Origin: Hyphomicrobiaceae bacterium
GTDB lineage: Bacteria > Pseudomonadota > Alphaproteobacteria > Rhizobiales > Hyphomicrobiaceae
Assembly (NCBI GenBank): GCA_965224045.1
Contig: CBDCYD010000016.1
Location: 980,017-1,044,016, forward strand
Length of the DNA stretch: 64,000 nt
Direction: 5' to 3'
Shown here: piece after piece, positions 28,325 to 38,378 of the stretch
Layout of the letters: the number at the start of each line of letters is the position of its first letter
How positions within the stretch are numbered: position 1 is the first letter of the stretch
Made by a program: the position numbers and the translations under genes
Notes under the pieces: model-generated
Databases searched by the model: none
What the model was told of the DNA's origin: nothing
What the model saw: only the letters and a program-made list of their open reading frames with translations

Positions 28325-31018
28325 TCATTCTGCATCGGCGGCGGCATTGGCCTTTGCCGATTTCTTGGCAGCGGCCTTGGTCTTGCCGGATGTCGTCTTG
28401 GCCGAAGCGGGCTTTTTCTTCTTCGCGGCCGATTTCTTGGCCGGTGCCTTGGCTTTCGCCTTGGATTTGGCGCCGGCGCGGGACTTTTTCGCCGGCGCCT
28501 TCTTCATGCGTTCGGTGATCAGCGCGACGGCCTCGTCCACGGTCAGCTCGGAGGGGTCTTTACCTTTCGGGACGGTGGCATTGACCTTGCCGTATTTGAC
28601 ATACGGCCCGTAGCGTCCGTCCAGGACCTCCATCTTGCCGCCGTCGGGATGTTCGCCGAGTTCCTTGAGCACCTTGGCCCTGGGGCGCGAGAAGCGGCCG
28701 CCGGCTGCCTTCTCGGCGAGCAAAGCTACGGCGCGGTTGATGCCGACATCGAAGACCTCTTCGACGTTTTCAAGATTGGCGTACGTGCCATCGTGAAGGA
28801 CGAACGGTCCGTAGCGGCCAAGACCGGCGGTGATGATGTTGCCGGTTTCCGGATGGATCCCGACCTCGCGCGGCAACGCGAGAAGCTTCAGGGCATATTC
28901 CAGATCGACCGTGTCGGCGCTGACGCCACGCGGGAGCGATGAGCGCTTCGGCTTTTCGCCGTCCTCCTCTTCGCCGAGTTGGACGTAGGGCCCGAAGCGG
29001 CCGGTGCGCAGCGTGACGGCAAGGCCGGTGGTCGGCTCATAGCCCAAGAGCTTGCCGTCGGCGGTGGCCGCCTCGACAGGGCCGTCGATCTGCTGTGAGA
29101 GCTGGCGCGTGAAGCGGCATTCGGGATAGTTGGCGCAGCCAATGAAGGCGCCGAACTTGCCTGATACCTTCAGGCTGAGTCGCCCGGTGGCACATGCCGG
29201 GCACAGCCGCGGGTCGCCGCCGTCTTCCTTTTCCGGGAATATGTGCGGGCCGAGGATTTCGTTCAAGGCTTCGAGAACGTCGGCAACACGCAGTTCCTTG
29301 GTGTCGTCGATGGCAGCGGTAAAGTCGCGCCAGAATTCCTGCAGGACCTGCTGCCAGTTGAGTTTTCCGTCGGAGATCAGGTCGAGCTTGTCTTCGAGGC
29401 TGGCGGTGAAATCATACTCGACATAGCGCTTGAAGAAATTGGCGAGAAACGCCGTGACGAGGCGGCCCTTGTCTTCCGGCATAAGGCGTCGGCGGTCGAT
29501 GACGACATAGCCACGATCCTGCAGTACGGCCATGGTCGAGGCGTAGGTGGAGGGGCGGCCGATGCCCAGCTCTTCCATCTTCTTGACCAGAGTTGCCTCG
29601 GTGTAGCGCGGCGGCGGCTCGGTGAAGTGCTGCTTGGCTTCGACGGAGCGGTCCTTGAGGTGCTGGCCTTCGGCGAGCGGCGGCAGGCGGCGGGCGTTTT
29701 CGTCCTCTTCGTCGTCGCGGCCCTCTTCGTAGAGCTTGAGGAAGCCATCGAAGACAATGACCGAGCCATTGGCGCGCACGCGATAGTCCTTGCCGTCATG
29801 GCCCTTGACCACGATGTCGGCCGTGGTCTGCTCGACTTCGGCGGAGGCCATCTGGCTTGCGACCGAGCGCTTCCAGATCAGCTCGTAGAGCGCGGCCTGA
29901 TCCTTTGCGAGCACTCGGCGCAGAGCGTCGGGGCGACGCGAGGGATCGGTCGGACGGATCGCCTCGTGGGCTTCCTGCGCGTTCTTGGCCTTGGTCTTGT
30001 ACTCGCGGACAAACGGCGGCAGGTAGCGTTTGGAGTGTTCTGCTTCAACGAGGCGGCGGATCTCTGCGACCGCTTCGGGGATGATCTGGACGCCGTCGGT
30101 CCGCATGTAGGTGATAAGGCCAACCGTTTCGCCGCCAATGTCGACACCCTCGTAAAGGCGTTGGGCGACCTGCATGGTCTGTTTGGCGGAAAAGCCGAGC
30201 TTGCGCGAGGCTTCCTGCTGCAGCGTCGAGGTGGTGAACGGTGCGGAGGGGTTGCGGCGCACCGCCTTCTTTTCGACGCTGGCAACGCGATAGTCGGCCC
30301 CGGTGATTGCGGCCTTGATCGCGTTGGCGGTTTCGGCGTCCTTGATGTCGAGGCGCTTGAGGGTGGTCTTGTCGATGGCGACAAGGCGCGTGCGCACCTC
30401 GTGGCCATCGGGTGTCAGAAGCATGGCCTCGATCGACCAGTATTCCTCGCTCTTGAAAGCTTCAATCTCGGCTTCGCGGTCGCAAACCAGGCGCAAGGCC
30501 ACGGACTGGACACGGCCGGCGCTTCGCGCGCCGGGCAGCTTGCGCCAGAGCACCGGCGAGAGCGTGAAACCAACGAGGTAGTCGAGGGCCCGGCGGGCGA
30601 GATAGGCTTCGACCAGGGGCTGGTCGATTTCCCGCGGTTGTTCGAGGGCGGCCGTGACCGCTTGTTTGGTCACCGCATTGAAGGTGACGCGCTCAACCGG
30701 CAGGTCCTTTTTCAGGGCGCGCTTTTGTTCGAGCAGCTGCACCAGATGCCAGGATATCGCTTCGCCCTCGCGATCGGGGTCGGTGGCCAGGATCAGCTTG
30801 TCGGCGTTTTTGACCGCGGCTGCGATTTCCTTGACGATCTTGGCGGACTTGCTGTCGACATCCCAATGCATGGCAAAGGCGTTGTCGGGTTCGACCGAGC
30901 CATTCTTGGATGGCAGGTCGCGCACGTGTCCGTAGGACGCCATCACCTTGTAGGACGGGCCCAGATACTTGTTGATGGCTTTTGCCTTGGCGGCAGATTC
31001 AACGATGAGGACGTTCAT
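28325..31018 (-). CDS. topA: DNA topoisomerase I
   Basis: Toprim N-terminus (LIVESAAKAKAINKYLG), the active-site region, a zinc ribbon (CPACATGRL...CANYPEC) and a lysine/alanine-rich C-terminal tail. Confidence 0.95.
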   Translation of the reverse strand: MNVLIVESAAKAKAINKYLGPSYKVMASYGHVRDLPSKNGSVEPDNAFAMHWDVDSKSAKIVKEIAAAVKNADKLILATDPDREGEAISWHLVQLLEQKRALKKDLPVERVTFNAVTKQAVTAALEQPREIDQPLVEAYLARRALDYLVGFTLSPVLWRKLPGARSAGRVQSVALRLVCDREAEIEAFKSEEYWSIEAMLLTPDGHEVRTRLVAIDKTTLKRLDIKDAETANAIKAAITGADYRVASVEKKAVRRNPSAPFTTSTLQQEASRKLGFSAKQTMQVAQRLYEGVDIGGETVGLITYMRTDGVQIIPEAVAEIRRLVEAEHSKRYLPPFVREYKTKAKNAQEAHEAIRPTDPSRRPDALRRVLAKDQAALYELIWKRSVASQMASAEVEQTTADIVVKGHDGKDYRVRANGSVIVFDGFLKLYEEGRDDEEDENARRLPPLAEGQHLKDRSVEAKQHFTEPPPRYTEATLVKKMEELGIGRPSTYASTMAVLQDRGYVVIDRRRLMPEDKGRLVTAFLANFFKRYVEYDFTASLEDKLDLISDGKLNWQQVLQEFWRDFTAAIDDTKELRVADVLEALNEILGPHIFPEKEDGGDPRLCPACATGRLSLKVSGKFGAFIGCANYPECRFTRQLSQQIDGPVEAATADGKLLGYEPTTGLAVTLRTGRFGPYVQLGEEEDGEKPKRSSLPRGVSADTVDLEYALKLLALPREVGIHPETGNIITAGLGRYGPFVLHDGTYANLENVEEVFDVGINRAVALLAEKAAGGRFSRPRAKVLKELGEHPDGGKMEVLDGRYGPYVKYGKVNATVPKGKDPSELTVDEAVALITERMKKAPAKKSRAGAKSKAKAKAPAKKSAAKKKKPASAKTTSGKTKAAAKKSAKANAAADAE

Positions 31019-31256
31019 CGGGTCCTTAAAAACTGTTTGCTTTTCCGCATCAAACCCCGGTGCAACGCCGGCAGCGTTGCCGGCGTCGGCGCATGACCGT
31101 GTTCGTCATGCCGTGATCGGCAGGGAAAATGTGGGAAGGCGGGCCGGCTGTCAAACATCACACGTGTGGAGAAGCTGAATCTCTATTCTTGCAATAATTC
31201 TTTCATATAGTAGGATTAGTCATGCAACTGATTTGCTGCCGACGGAGTTTTGAGGT

Positions 31257-31508
31257 GTGATGATGCCAGGAACTTTCGACAACGGGTGGGAAAATCGTGA
31301 TGCGGAACCGGCCATGGCCCGTGATTCAACGCGTCGCAATCGACAATTTCAGGAGCTCTCGAAGTTCCAGATTCTCCAGTATGTCGCCGAAATGAGCGAA
31401 GAGATGTCGCAACTGGCGCAACAGGCACAATGTGCGAAACTCGCAGAGACGTTGCGTTCAGCGTCTTTCGAAGCGCGTGACATGTTGCCAAAAGACATGC
31501 CCGAGTGA
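31257..31508 (+). CDS. Hypothetical small acidic protein (weak call)
   Basis: 83-aa ORF in the topA-dprA gap with helical-looking sequence (QELSKFQILQYVAEMSEEMSQLAQQAQ). Third-position GC is lower than in neighbouring genes, and I recognise no homolog. Confidence 0.3.
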   Translation: MMMPGTFDNGWENRDAEPAMARDSTRRNRQFQELSKFQILQYVAEMSEEMSQLAQQAQCAKLAETLRSASFEARDMLPKDMPE

Positions 31509-31551
31509 GCTTTGGACATGCTTGCCTCTGCCGTCGGGCGAGCGCCTGTCT

Positions 31552-32753
31552 TTAGGCGATGCGTTGCGACACGAGGTTGTGGCCATGGTGCTCGACGCGT
31601 CCGGCGAGCGACAGTTCCAGCAATGCCATGCGGACGATTGACACGGGAAGGCCGGTTGCCCGACAGACCGCATCGATGGTGACCGGTGCCGCGCCCAACG
31701 CATCGAGCACGGTCCGTTGATCTTTCCCGGTTGCCGGAATTGGCGGCGGCATCGCCGCGGCCTGCGGCCTGGATGCATGGCCGGCCGTTTGGTTGGACCG
31801 AGGGTGGCTCGCGATGTCGCTCGCGCTTGGGATCGCAGGCGCGTCGGAAAGGGTTTGCGCAAGATCATGCAGGATGTCGTCGGCGGACGTAATCAGGCGG
31901 GCGCCGGATTTGAGGAGGCTGTTGGTGCCTTCCGCGCGCGGATCGAGCGGGTGGCCGGGTACGGCGTAGACGTCCCGACCCTGCTCGGCGGCCATCCGTG
32001 CCGTCGTCAGAGATCCGGAACGCCGTGCCGCCTCGATCACGACGACGCCATAGGATATGCCGGATACGATGCGGTTGCGTCTTGGAAAGTCCCGCCCTCG
32101 CGGGATGAAGCCCGGCGGTTGTTCGCTCACCAGGCAGCCGACACGGGCGATGCGGTCCTGCAGATCGCGGTGTTCCGGCGGATAGACCGTGTCGAGGCCG
32201 CCGGCCAGGACGGCGATCGTGCCGGTTGCCAAGGCCGCCTCGTGCGCTGCACCGTCGATGCCGCGGGCAAGACCGGAGACGATGGTGAGGCCTGCGGCAC
32301 CAAGGTCCGTGGCGATCTGCCGGGTCAGGGCCGCGCCGGCTGCCGAGCACTTGCGGGCGCCGACGATCGCCAGGGCCTTGCGCGCAAGCACGTCGACGTT
32401 GCCCTTGATGTAGAGCAACGGCGGGGGATGGGAAACGGCGGCAAGCGGCATCGGGTAGCCGGGCTCGATCGTGAACAGCAGCGTAATCCCGAGGTTTTGG
32501 GCTTTGTCGAGTTCGGCTTCCGCGGGTCGCACGCGGGCAGACTTTCACGCTGCGTTTCCGTCCGCCCCGGCGTGACAGCTCGGGCAGAGCCTCCAGCGCC
32601 GGGCCTGGCGCCACCGAAATGGTTGATCAGGGCCTGGAAGGTGGCCGGGCCGACGTTTTCAGACCGAATCAGACGCAGGCACGCCAAGCGTTCGTGATCA
32701 GCGAGGGTTGCCACCGGCACAGGTGAGGCGGTGAACAGATCGCCAGGCGGCAA
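31552..32753 (-). pseudogene. dprA: DNA-processing protein DprA (Smf), disrupted by two frameshifts
   Basis: DprA sequence is split over three reading frames. The N-terminus (ADHERLACLRLIRSENVGPATFQALINHFGG) ends near 32600. The middle part (ALEALPELSRRGGRKRSVKVCP) spans about 32597-32535. The remainder (AEAELDKAQNLGITLLFTIEPGYP...Rossmann-like domain...C-terminal wHTH) runs from 32532 to 31552. Confidence 0.8.
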
Positions 32754-32760
32754 GCGGGGG

Positions 32761-33366
32761 TTATGCGGATCGGCCAATCTTCGGCTCCTCGCCATCCAGG
32801 AGGCGCCGAATGTTATCATGATGCTTGCTGATTAACAGCACGCTCAGTAAGGCCATCGATATCCAGGTCGCGGTGTCGGACCAGGCCATGGCGGCGAGCG
32901 GGGCGGCGAGTGCCGCCAACAGTGCAGCGAGCGAGGAATACCGTGTCAGGGCTGCGACCGCGAGCCAGACAGCGCAAAAGACGACAGCGACCGGCCAGAC
33001 AAGGCCGATCAGGACGCCGATATAGGTTGCAACGCCCTTGCCGCCCTTGAAGCCGAGCCAGATCGGAAAGAGGTGGCCCAGAAAGGCGGCGATGCCTGCA
33101 ACGTGGGCTGATGTTGGGCCGGCGTCGGCCGGCACCGACGGCAGGAGTGATGCTGTAAGGATGACGGCGGCCGCACCCTTCAGGATGTCGAGTGCGAGTG
33201 TCGCGGCGGCGACCGGCTTGTTGCCCGTGCGCAAAACGTTGGTGGCACCGATGTTGCCCGAGCCGATCTTGCGAATGTCACCGAGCCCTGCCAGTCGGGT
33301 CAGTATGAGCCCGGTCGGGATCGAGCCCAGCAGGTAGCCAAGGGCGGCTGCCAACAACGGTGCCAT
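32761..33366 (-). CDS. plsY: Glycerol-3-phosphate acyltransferase PlsY
   Basis: [16 protein letters not shown] and FKGGKGVAT motifs, in a multi-TM protein of 201 aa. Confidence 0.92.
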   Translation of the reverse strand: MAPLLAAALGYLLGSIPTGLILTRLAGLGDIRKIGSGNIGATNVLRTGNKPVAAATLALDILKGAAAVILTASLLPSVPADAGPTSAHVAGIAAFLGHLFPIWLGFKGGKGVATYIGVLIGLVWPVAVVFCAVWLAVAALTRYSSLAALLAALAAPLAAMAWSDTATWISMALLSVLLISKHHDNIRRLLDGEEPKIGRSA

Positions 33367-33423
33367 GGGAGTCCTTCACAATTCCGGCACAAATCAGGTG
33401 CGCTGCAGACGCGTGAACCGTTT

Positions 33424-34743
33424 TCAATGGCGTGGAGGGTATTGGTAGACGGTTTGTCCTGCAACCATCGTGTGGAGGACACGGCCCGACATCTTGCTTT
33501 CATCGAAGGGTGAATTCTTCGAACGCGAGCGCAGGACGTCACGGTCGACGACCCACGGCTGGTTGATGTCGGCGACGATGATGTCGGCCGGAGCGCCCTC
33601 GGTGAGGCGACCGGATCGGAGGCCGAGCAGTTCGGCAGGTCTGACGGTCATGGCGCGCAGCAGTACCATGAGGTCGACCTCGCCGCTGTGATAGAGGCGC
33701 AGGGCTGCCGACAGCAGGGTTTCGAGGCCGATTGCGCCGTCGGCTGCCTCGGTGAAGGGCAGGCGCTTGACGTCGGCGCCCTGCGGGTCATGCGAGGATA
33801 CGATGACATCGATCGTGCCGTCGGACAGGGCCGCGACCAGCGCCTTGCGATCGTCCTCGGCCCGCAGCGGCGGGCGGACCTTGAAGAACGTGCGGTAGGA
33901 GCCGATGTCGTTTTCGTTCAAGGTGAGGTGGTTGATCGTGGCGCCGCAGGTAAACCTGAGGTTGCGGGCACGGGCGGCGCGCACAATCTCCATGCTCTGG
34001 GCGGTGGTGAGGGTCGCTGCGTGGTAGCGCGCGCCGGTCAATTCGACGAGGCGGAGGTCGCGTTCGAGGGCGATCGTCTCGGCCATGGCGGTGACACCGC
34101 TGATGCCGAGGCGGACCGACAACTCGCCCGAGTTCATGCTCGCTCCTTGCGACAGATAGGGGTCTTCGGTGTGATGCACGACGAGCGCGTCGAAGTCGCG
34201 CGCGTAGAGCAGGACCTGGTTCATGATTTTAGTGTTGGCGATGGCGTTCTTGGCATTGGAGAACGCGATCGCACCTGCGCGCTTGAGAAGGCCGAGTTCG
34301 GTCATTTCCTGGCCGGCGAGACCTTTGGTGAGTGCGGCCATGGTGTGGACATGGACAATGGCGTTGTCGCGCGCGCGGCGCTGGATGTAGTCGACGAGGG
34401 CGACCTGGTCGATGACGGGATCGGTGTCGGGCATGACGACCATCGTCGTTACGCCGCCGGCGGCGGCGGCGTGGCTTGCCGTCTTCAGCGTTTCGCGATG
34501 CTCGTAGCCCGGTTCGCCGGCAAACACCTGCATGTCGATGAGGCCCGGGCAGAGAATGTGGCCCTGGCAGTCGTAGACGGCGAAACCGTTGGGGGCGTTG
34601 CGGCGCAGGTGAGGCCCGAGGTCGGCAATCCTGCCGTCTTCGACAAGCAGGCCGCCGGGTTCGTCGCGCCCCGTTTCCGGGTCCATCAGTCGGGCATTGA
34701 TGAACACCGTTGGCGGGGTCTTTTCGGCCATGGCAGGGGTCAT
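33424..34743 (-). CDS. Dihydroorotase-like protein, probably the non-catalytic PyrC-prime type
   Basis: Amidohydrolase fold homologous to class I dihydroorotases and adjacent to pyrB. The HxH motif reads DMQVFAGEPG, the TDHAPH motif reads SSHDPQ, and the HxxH(V)S-type motif reads YHAATLT. Confidence 0.8.
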   Translation of the reverse strand: MTPAMAEKTPPTVFINARLMDPETGRDEPGGLLVEDGRIADLGPHLRRNAPNGFAVYDCQGHILCPGLIDMQVFAGEPGYEHRETLKTASHAAAAGGVTTMVVMPDTDPVIDQVALVDYIQRRARDNAIVHVHTMAALTKGLAGQEMTELGLLKRAGAIAFSNAKNAIANTKIMNQVLLYARDFDALVVHHTEDPYLSQGASMNSGELSVRLGISGVTAMAETIALERDLRLVELTGARYHAATLTTAQSMEIVRAARARNLRFTCGATINHLTLNENDIGSYRTFFKVRPPLRAEDDRKALVAALSDGTIDVIVSSHDPQGADVKRLPFTEAADGAIGLETLLSAALRLYHSGEVDLMVLLRAMTVRPAELLGLRSGRLTEGAPADIIVADINQPWVVDRDVLRSRSKNSPFDESKMSGRVLHTMVAGQTVYQYPPRH

Positions 34744-34750
34744 TGCGGCC

Positions 34751-35707
34751 TCAGTGGTTCGGCAGGTGGCGGGCGAGCGCTTCCAAAACCGCCATTCTGA
34801 CGGCGACGCCCATTTCCACCTGTTCCTGGATCACGCTGCGGGCGTGGTCGGCGACGGTCGAGGCGATTTCGACGCCGCGGTTCATTGGGCCTGGATGCAT
34901 GATCAGCGCGTCGGGCTTGGCACGACTGAGCTTTTCTTGATCGAGCCCGAAAAAATGAAAGTACTCGCGGCTCGAGGGAACGAATGTGCCCTGCATGCGT
35001 TCGCGCTGTAATCTCAGCATCATCACGATGTCGGCGCCGGCAATGCCGTCGGTCATGTTGGTGAACGCCGATACCCCAAGACGCTCCGCGCTGGCAGGCA
35101 GCAGCGTTGATGGCGCGACGATGCGGACGTTGGCGCCGAGAGCGTTCAAAACGTTGATGTTGGAGCGGGCAACGCGGGAGTGGCGGACGTCGCCGCAAAT
35201 GGCGACGATAAGCCCCTCGATGCGGCCCTTGGCGCGTCTGATCGTCAGCGCGTCAAGCAAGGCCTGGGTCGGGTGCTGGTGCGAGCCGTCGCCGGCATTG
35301 ACGACGGAGCAATCGATCTTTTCCGACAGCAACTGCACCGCGCCGGCCGCATAGTGGCGCACGACGATGATGTCGGGACGCATGGCATTGAGAGTCATCG
35401 CGGTATCGATGAGCGTCTCACCCTTTTGCATCGACGATGTCGAGACGTTCATGTTCATGACGTCCGCACCGAGGCGCTTGCCGGCGAGTTCGAAGGATGC
35501 TTGCGTGCGGGTCGAGGCTTCGAAGAAGAGATTGATCAGCGTGCGCCCGCTCAGCGTGTCGGCCTTTTTGCGCACTGCCCGGTTGGATTCGGCGGCCTTG
35601 TCGGCCAAATCGAGAAGCGACGTGATCTCGGGCGCGGTGAGCCCCTCGCACGTCAACAGGTGGCGCCTGGAAAAACCAAGGCCGGGGTTTGGGTTCTCAT
35701 CTGTCAT
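34751..35707 (-). CDS. pyrB: Aspartate carbamoyltransferase catalytic subunit
   Basis: [19 protein letters not shown] and [11 protein letters not shown] motifs. The start was chosen at MTDENPN (35707). Confidence 0.93.
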   Translation of the reverse strand: MTDENPNPGLGFSRRHLLTCEGLTAPEITSLLDLADKAAESNRAVRKKADTLSGRTLINLFFEASTRTQASFELAGKRLGADVMNMNVSTSSMQKGETLIDTAMTLNAMRPDIIVVRHYAAGAVQLLSEKIDCSVVNAGDGSHQHPTQALLDALTIRRAKGRIEGLIVAICGDVRHSRVARSNINVLNALGANVRIVAPSTLLPASAERLGVSAFTNMTDGIAGADIVMMLRLQRERMQGTFVPSSREYFHFFGLDQEKLSRAKPDALIMHPGPMNRGVEIASTVADHARSVIQEQVEMGVAVRMAVLEALARHLPNH

Positions 35708-35957
35708 TAAAGGGGCTTCTATAGGGGCACTTTTCGGGGCCCGCAATAGATGCCGCGCAAAGGTGTGGGTATTTGTAGCGATCCGCGCCGCAGTGTGGCC
35801 GAGACGCCTGCTTCGGTTCCGCGCGCCAGGCTATCAAGGGGCCGTCACGTGGTGCCAACACGCGCGGTTGGGTGCGTGAGCCGGCCTGCAACAAGTCCCG
35901 GACGCGCCGAGGCGCGGCACAGGGCACACCATATCGTGGTGACAGACCGGTTGGCGG

Positions 35958-36455
35958 TCAGACGCCGCCTTCCGCGCGCGGATCACGGCGCGGCTTGACC
36001 TGGGCGCTGCTGATCGGGCCAAACGTGTCGATGATGTGCTGCAGTGCGCGAAGGAAGGTTTCGCGATCCTTGGTCGGGACGGCCTGCAGGAGGCGGTTTT
36101 CGCATTCCTGACGCGTCGGATCCGCCTGCTTCAGGGCGGCCTTGCCGGACGAGGTCAGGCGTACTGCGTACATTCTGGCGTCGTGCTTGGTGCGCTCGCG
36201 TTGGAGCAGGCCCCGCTCGACGAGACGGCGCACGATATCGGCGACCGTCGATCGGTCGATGCCGGTTGCTTCGACGAGGGCCGTCTGGCTGGCGTCGCCT
36301 GCCAGTGCCGCACTCTTGAGGACAATGTACTGGCGGGGGGTCAGCTGTGAGCTGTCGATTTCTGCGGAGAACAGATCATCGGCGCATTGGCCCGCACGAT
36401 GCAAGAGATGGATTGCGGACTTGGGAATATCTGATGATGTTGCGCCGTTGCTCAT
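35958..36455 (-). CDS. MarR-family transcriptional regulator
   Basis: A winged-HTH core (LTPRQYIVLKSAALAGDASQTALVEATGIDRSTVADIVRRLVERGLLQRERTKHDAR). Confidence 0.82.
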   Translation of the reverse strand: MSNGATSSDIPKSAIHLLHRAGQCADDLFSAEIDSSQLTPRQYIVLKSAALAGDASQTALVEATGIDRSTVADIVRRLVERGLLQRERTKHDARMYAVRLTSSGKAALKQADPTRQECENRLLQAVPTKDRETFLRALQHIIDTFGPISSAQVKPRRDPRAEGGV

Positions 36456-36623
36456 AAACTTCCCTTAACTTTATGCGAGTTGGCCGGACTTGGTCTGACC
36501 GGGTCTCGTCGATCCTCGGTTTTGTTTTGTTGTCCGAAAGCAGGCGTGCAGTTTGACAACTGACTTCTGATAGTTGGGAGCGCACGTGCTTGCATTGATA
36601 ATCAGATCATAAGAATTGTCTTT

Positions 36624-36645
36624 TAATGCGTTAATGCACGCATTA
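36624..36645. promoter_or_regulatory. Candidate operator palindrome in the divergent MarR/AraC intergenic region
   Basis: TAATGCGT-TAATGC-ACGCATTA has 8-bp perfect arms. It lies in an AT-rich stretch between two divergent regulator genes. Confidence 0.3.
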
Positions 36646-36676
36646 GCGTAAGATTTGAAAAGCGTTTAACTGGCGG

Positions 36677-37741
36677 TTGAGAGTGGTAGCGGGAAGAAGA
36701 GTTGGCGAGGTGGGCGGCGATCCGATCGGAACGCGTTTTCGGTCACCAGTGCTCGGTTGTCTTGGTCGATTCCTGACAGAGCAGGGGCTGAGGCCGCATG
36801 CGATCTTGCCGCGGGCGGGTGTCTCGGAGCAGCTCATCGGCGATGAGCGCACGGACATGGCGCTCGAGGACGTGGCTGAGGTGCTCGACATCATTGCCCG
36901 GATCGTTGGCGATAGTGCGTTCGGCCTGCGGTTTGGCGCATGGTCGCTGCCGGGCCAGGTCGGCGTTCTCGATCATCTTGTCCTCACGTCCGAAACCGTT
37001 CACGAGGCGCTCGAACGGATCGTCTCCTACCGCGAAGTCATGATGTTTCCGTTTGATATTGGTCTTGCAACGGCGGGTGAGCGTGCCGTGCTGACCGGGC
37101 GGATTCCGGCAAGCGCACAAGTGCCCAGTGCACAGTTCGTCGACATGGTGCTGGCGATCTTCGTTTCCCGGCTGCGGCTGGCGTTTGCGCCAGACTGGCT
37201 GCCGCTGGCCGTCGATCTCCCGCGGCCGCATCCGGATGATTTGGGCGCCTATCATGCCGTATTTGGTGCAGCGGTGAGGTTTCAGACGTCGCAGTTCGCG
37301 ATTGCGCTGTGGCGGCGGGATCTCCAGGCGAGGCTACCGGCGGCGTGGCCGCAGCTGAGCGCGACGGTGCAGATGGCCGCCGACCAGATCCTCGCCGCCC
37401 ACCAGGCGCAAAGTGATTTTTCCGGTCGCGTGCGCCAGGCGATCATGGATCATTTGGCGGAGGAGCGCGATGTCCGGCTGGCGCACGTTGCGCGCAGTCT
37501 CGGCCTGTCGCCACGGGCGGTGCAGTGGCAGCTCGGCCGCAACAACGAGACCTTCGCCGGTATCGTGCGTGAGGTGCGGTTGAATACGGCTGAAAAGCTG
37601 CTTGGCGATCGAGCCGTGCCGATCAAGAAGATCAGCCAGCGGCTGGGATTTTCCGAAGCCAGCACGTTCGTTCGATGGACACGCCGGCATTTCGGGAAGA
37701 CGCCGCGCGCCTACCGTCTCGACCTGCTTGACCGGCAGTGA
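36677..37741 (+). CDS. AraC-family transcriptional regulator (N-terminal arabinose-binding-like domain)
   Basis: C-terminal double HTH (ARSLGLSPRAVQWQL...ISQRLGFSEASTFVRWTRRHFGKTPRAYR). TTG start as in the track; the true start is uncertain. Confidence 0.75.
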   Translation: MRVVAGRRVGEVGGDPIGTRFRSPVLGCLGRFLTEQGLRPHAILPRAGVSEQLIGDERTDMALEDVAEVLDIIARIVGDSAFGLRFGAWSLPGQVGVLDHLVLTSETVHEALERIVSYREVMMFPFDIGLATAGERAVLTGRIPASAQVPSAQFVDMVLAIFVSRLRLAFAPDWLPLAVDLPRPHPDDLGAYHAVFGAAVRFQTSQFAIALWRRDLQARLPAAWPQLSATVQMAADQILAAHQAQSDFSGRVRQAIMDHLAEERDVRLAHVARSLGLSPRAVQWQLGRNNETFAGIVREVRLNTAEKLLGDRAVPIKKISQRLGFSEASTFVRWTRRHFGKTPRAYRLDLLDRQ

Positions 37742-37755
37742 GCCGGGTTTGGCGC

Positions 37756-38259
37756 CTACGACGGGCGGTGGGAGTCGAGCGCGTTTTGCAGGATTAAGGT
37801 CGCTGCCAGTTTGTCGATGACTTGCGAGCGGCGGGCACGGGAAGCGTCGGCCTCGAGCAGAACGCGCTCGGCGGCCGCCGTGGTCAGGCGCTCATCCCAA
37901 AGCAGAATTGGCAGCTGCAACCGCCTCGACAGGTTTCGTGCAAAGGCCCGCGTTGCCTGGGCGCGCGGGCCTTCGCTGCCGTCGAGGTTACGCGGCAGTC
38001 CAAGGACCAGGCCGACGACCGTGTGCGCGTCACAGATCTCGGTGAGGCGGTCGGCATCGCGTGTGAACTTCGAGCGTTTCAGGGTGTCGAGGCCCGAAGC
38101 GATCATGCGCGAGATGTCGGACAGCGACAAGCCGATCGTCTTGGTGCCGAGATCGAGGCCCATGAGACGGCCGGCCGGCGGCACGGCCGCGTAGAAGGCG
38201 TCGAGGTCTTCGATGACCGGCGCGGGTGCGGGGCGATGATCGGCTGTTTGATCAGGCAT
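37756..38259 (-). CDS. ruvX: Holliday junction resolvase-like / pre-16S rRNA nuclease RuvX (YqgF)
   Basis: RLMGLDLGTKTIGLSLSD N-terminal motif and LPILLWDERLTT are typical of YqgF. Confidence 0.87.
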   Translation of the reverse strand: MPDQTADHRPAPAPVIEDLDAFYAAVPPAGRLMGLDLGTKTIGLSLSDISRMIASGLDTLKRSKFTRDADRLTEICDAHTVVGLVLGLPRNLDGSEGPRAQATRAFARNLSRRLQLPILLWDERLTTAAAERVLLEADASRARRSQVIDKLAATLILQNALDSHRPS

Positions 38260-38378
38260 GCGGCTTGAGCGAATGGGGTTGCGGCGCTTAAGGTACGGCC
38301 GGTTTCAACATAGCATTATCCGGTGCCCGGTCGAGCGCAACCGGGCCGGACCACCGAGCACAGGGAGCTGGCACAGCG

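Noticed and set aside
29243-31096. 617-aa plus-strand ORF
   Set aside because: It is antisense to topA and shows compositional-artefact sequence (runs of G/A/R/V/D) with no motifs.
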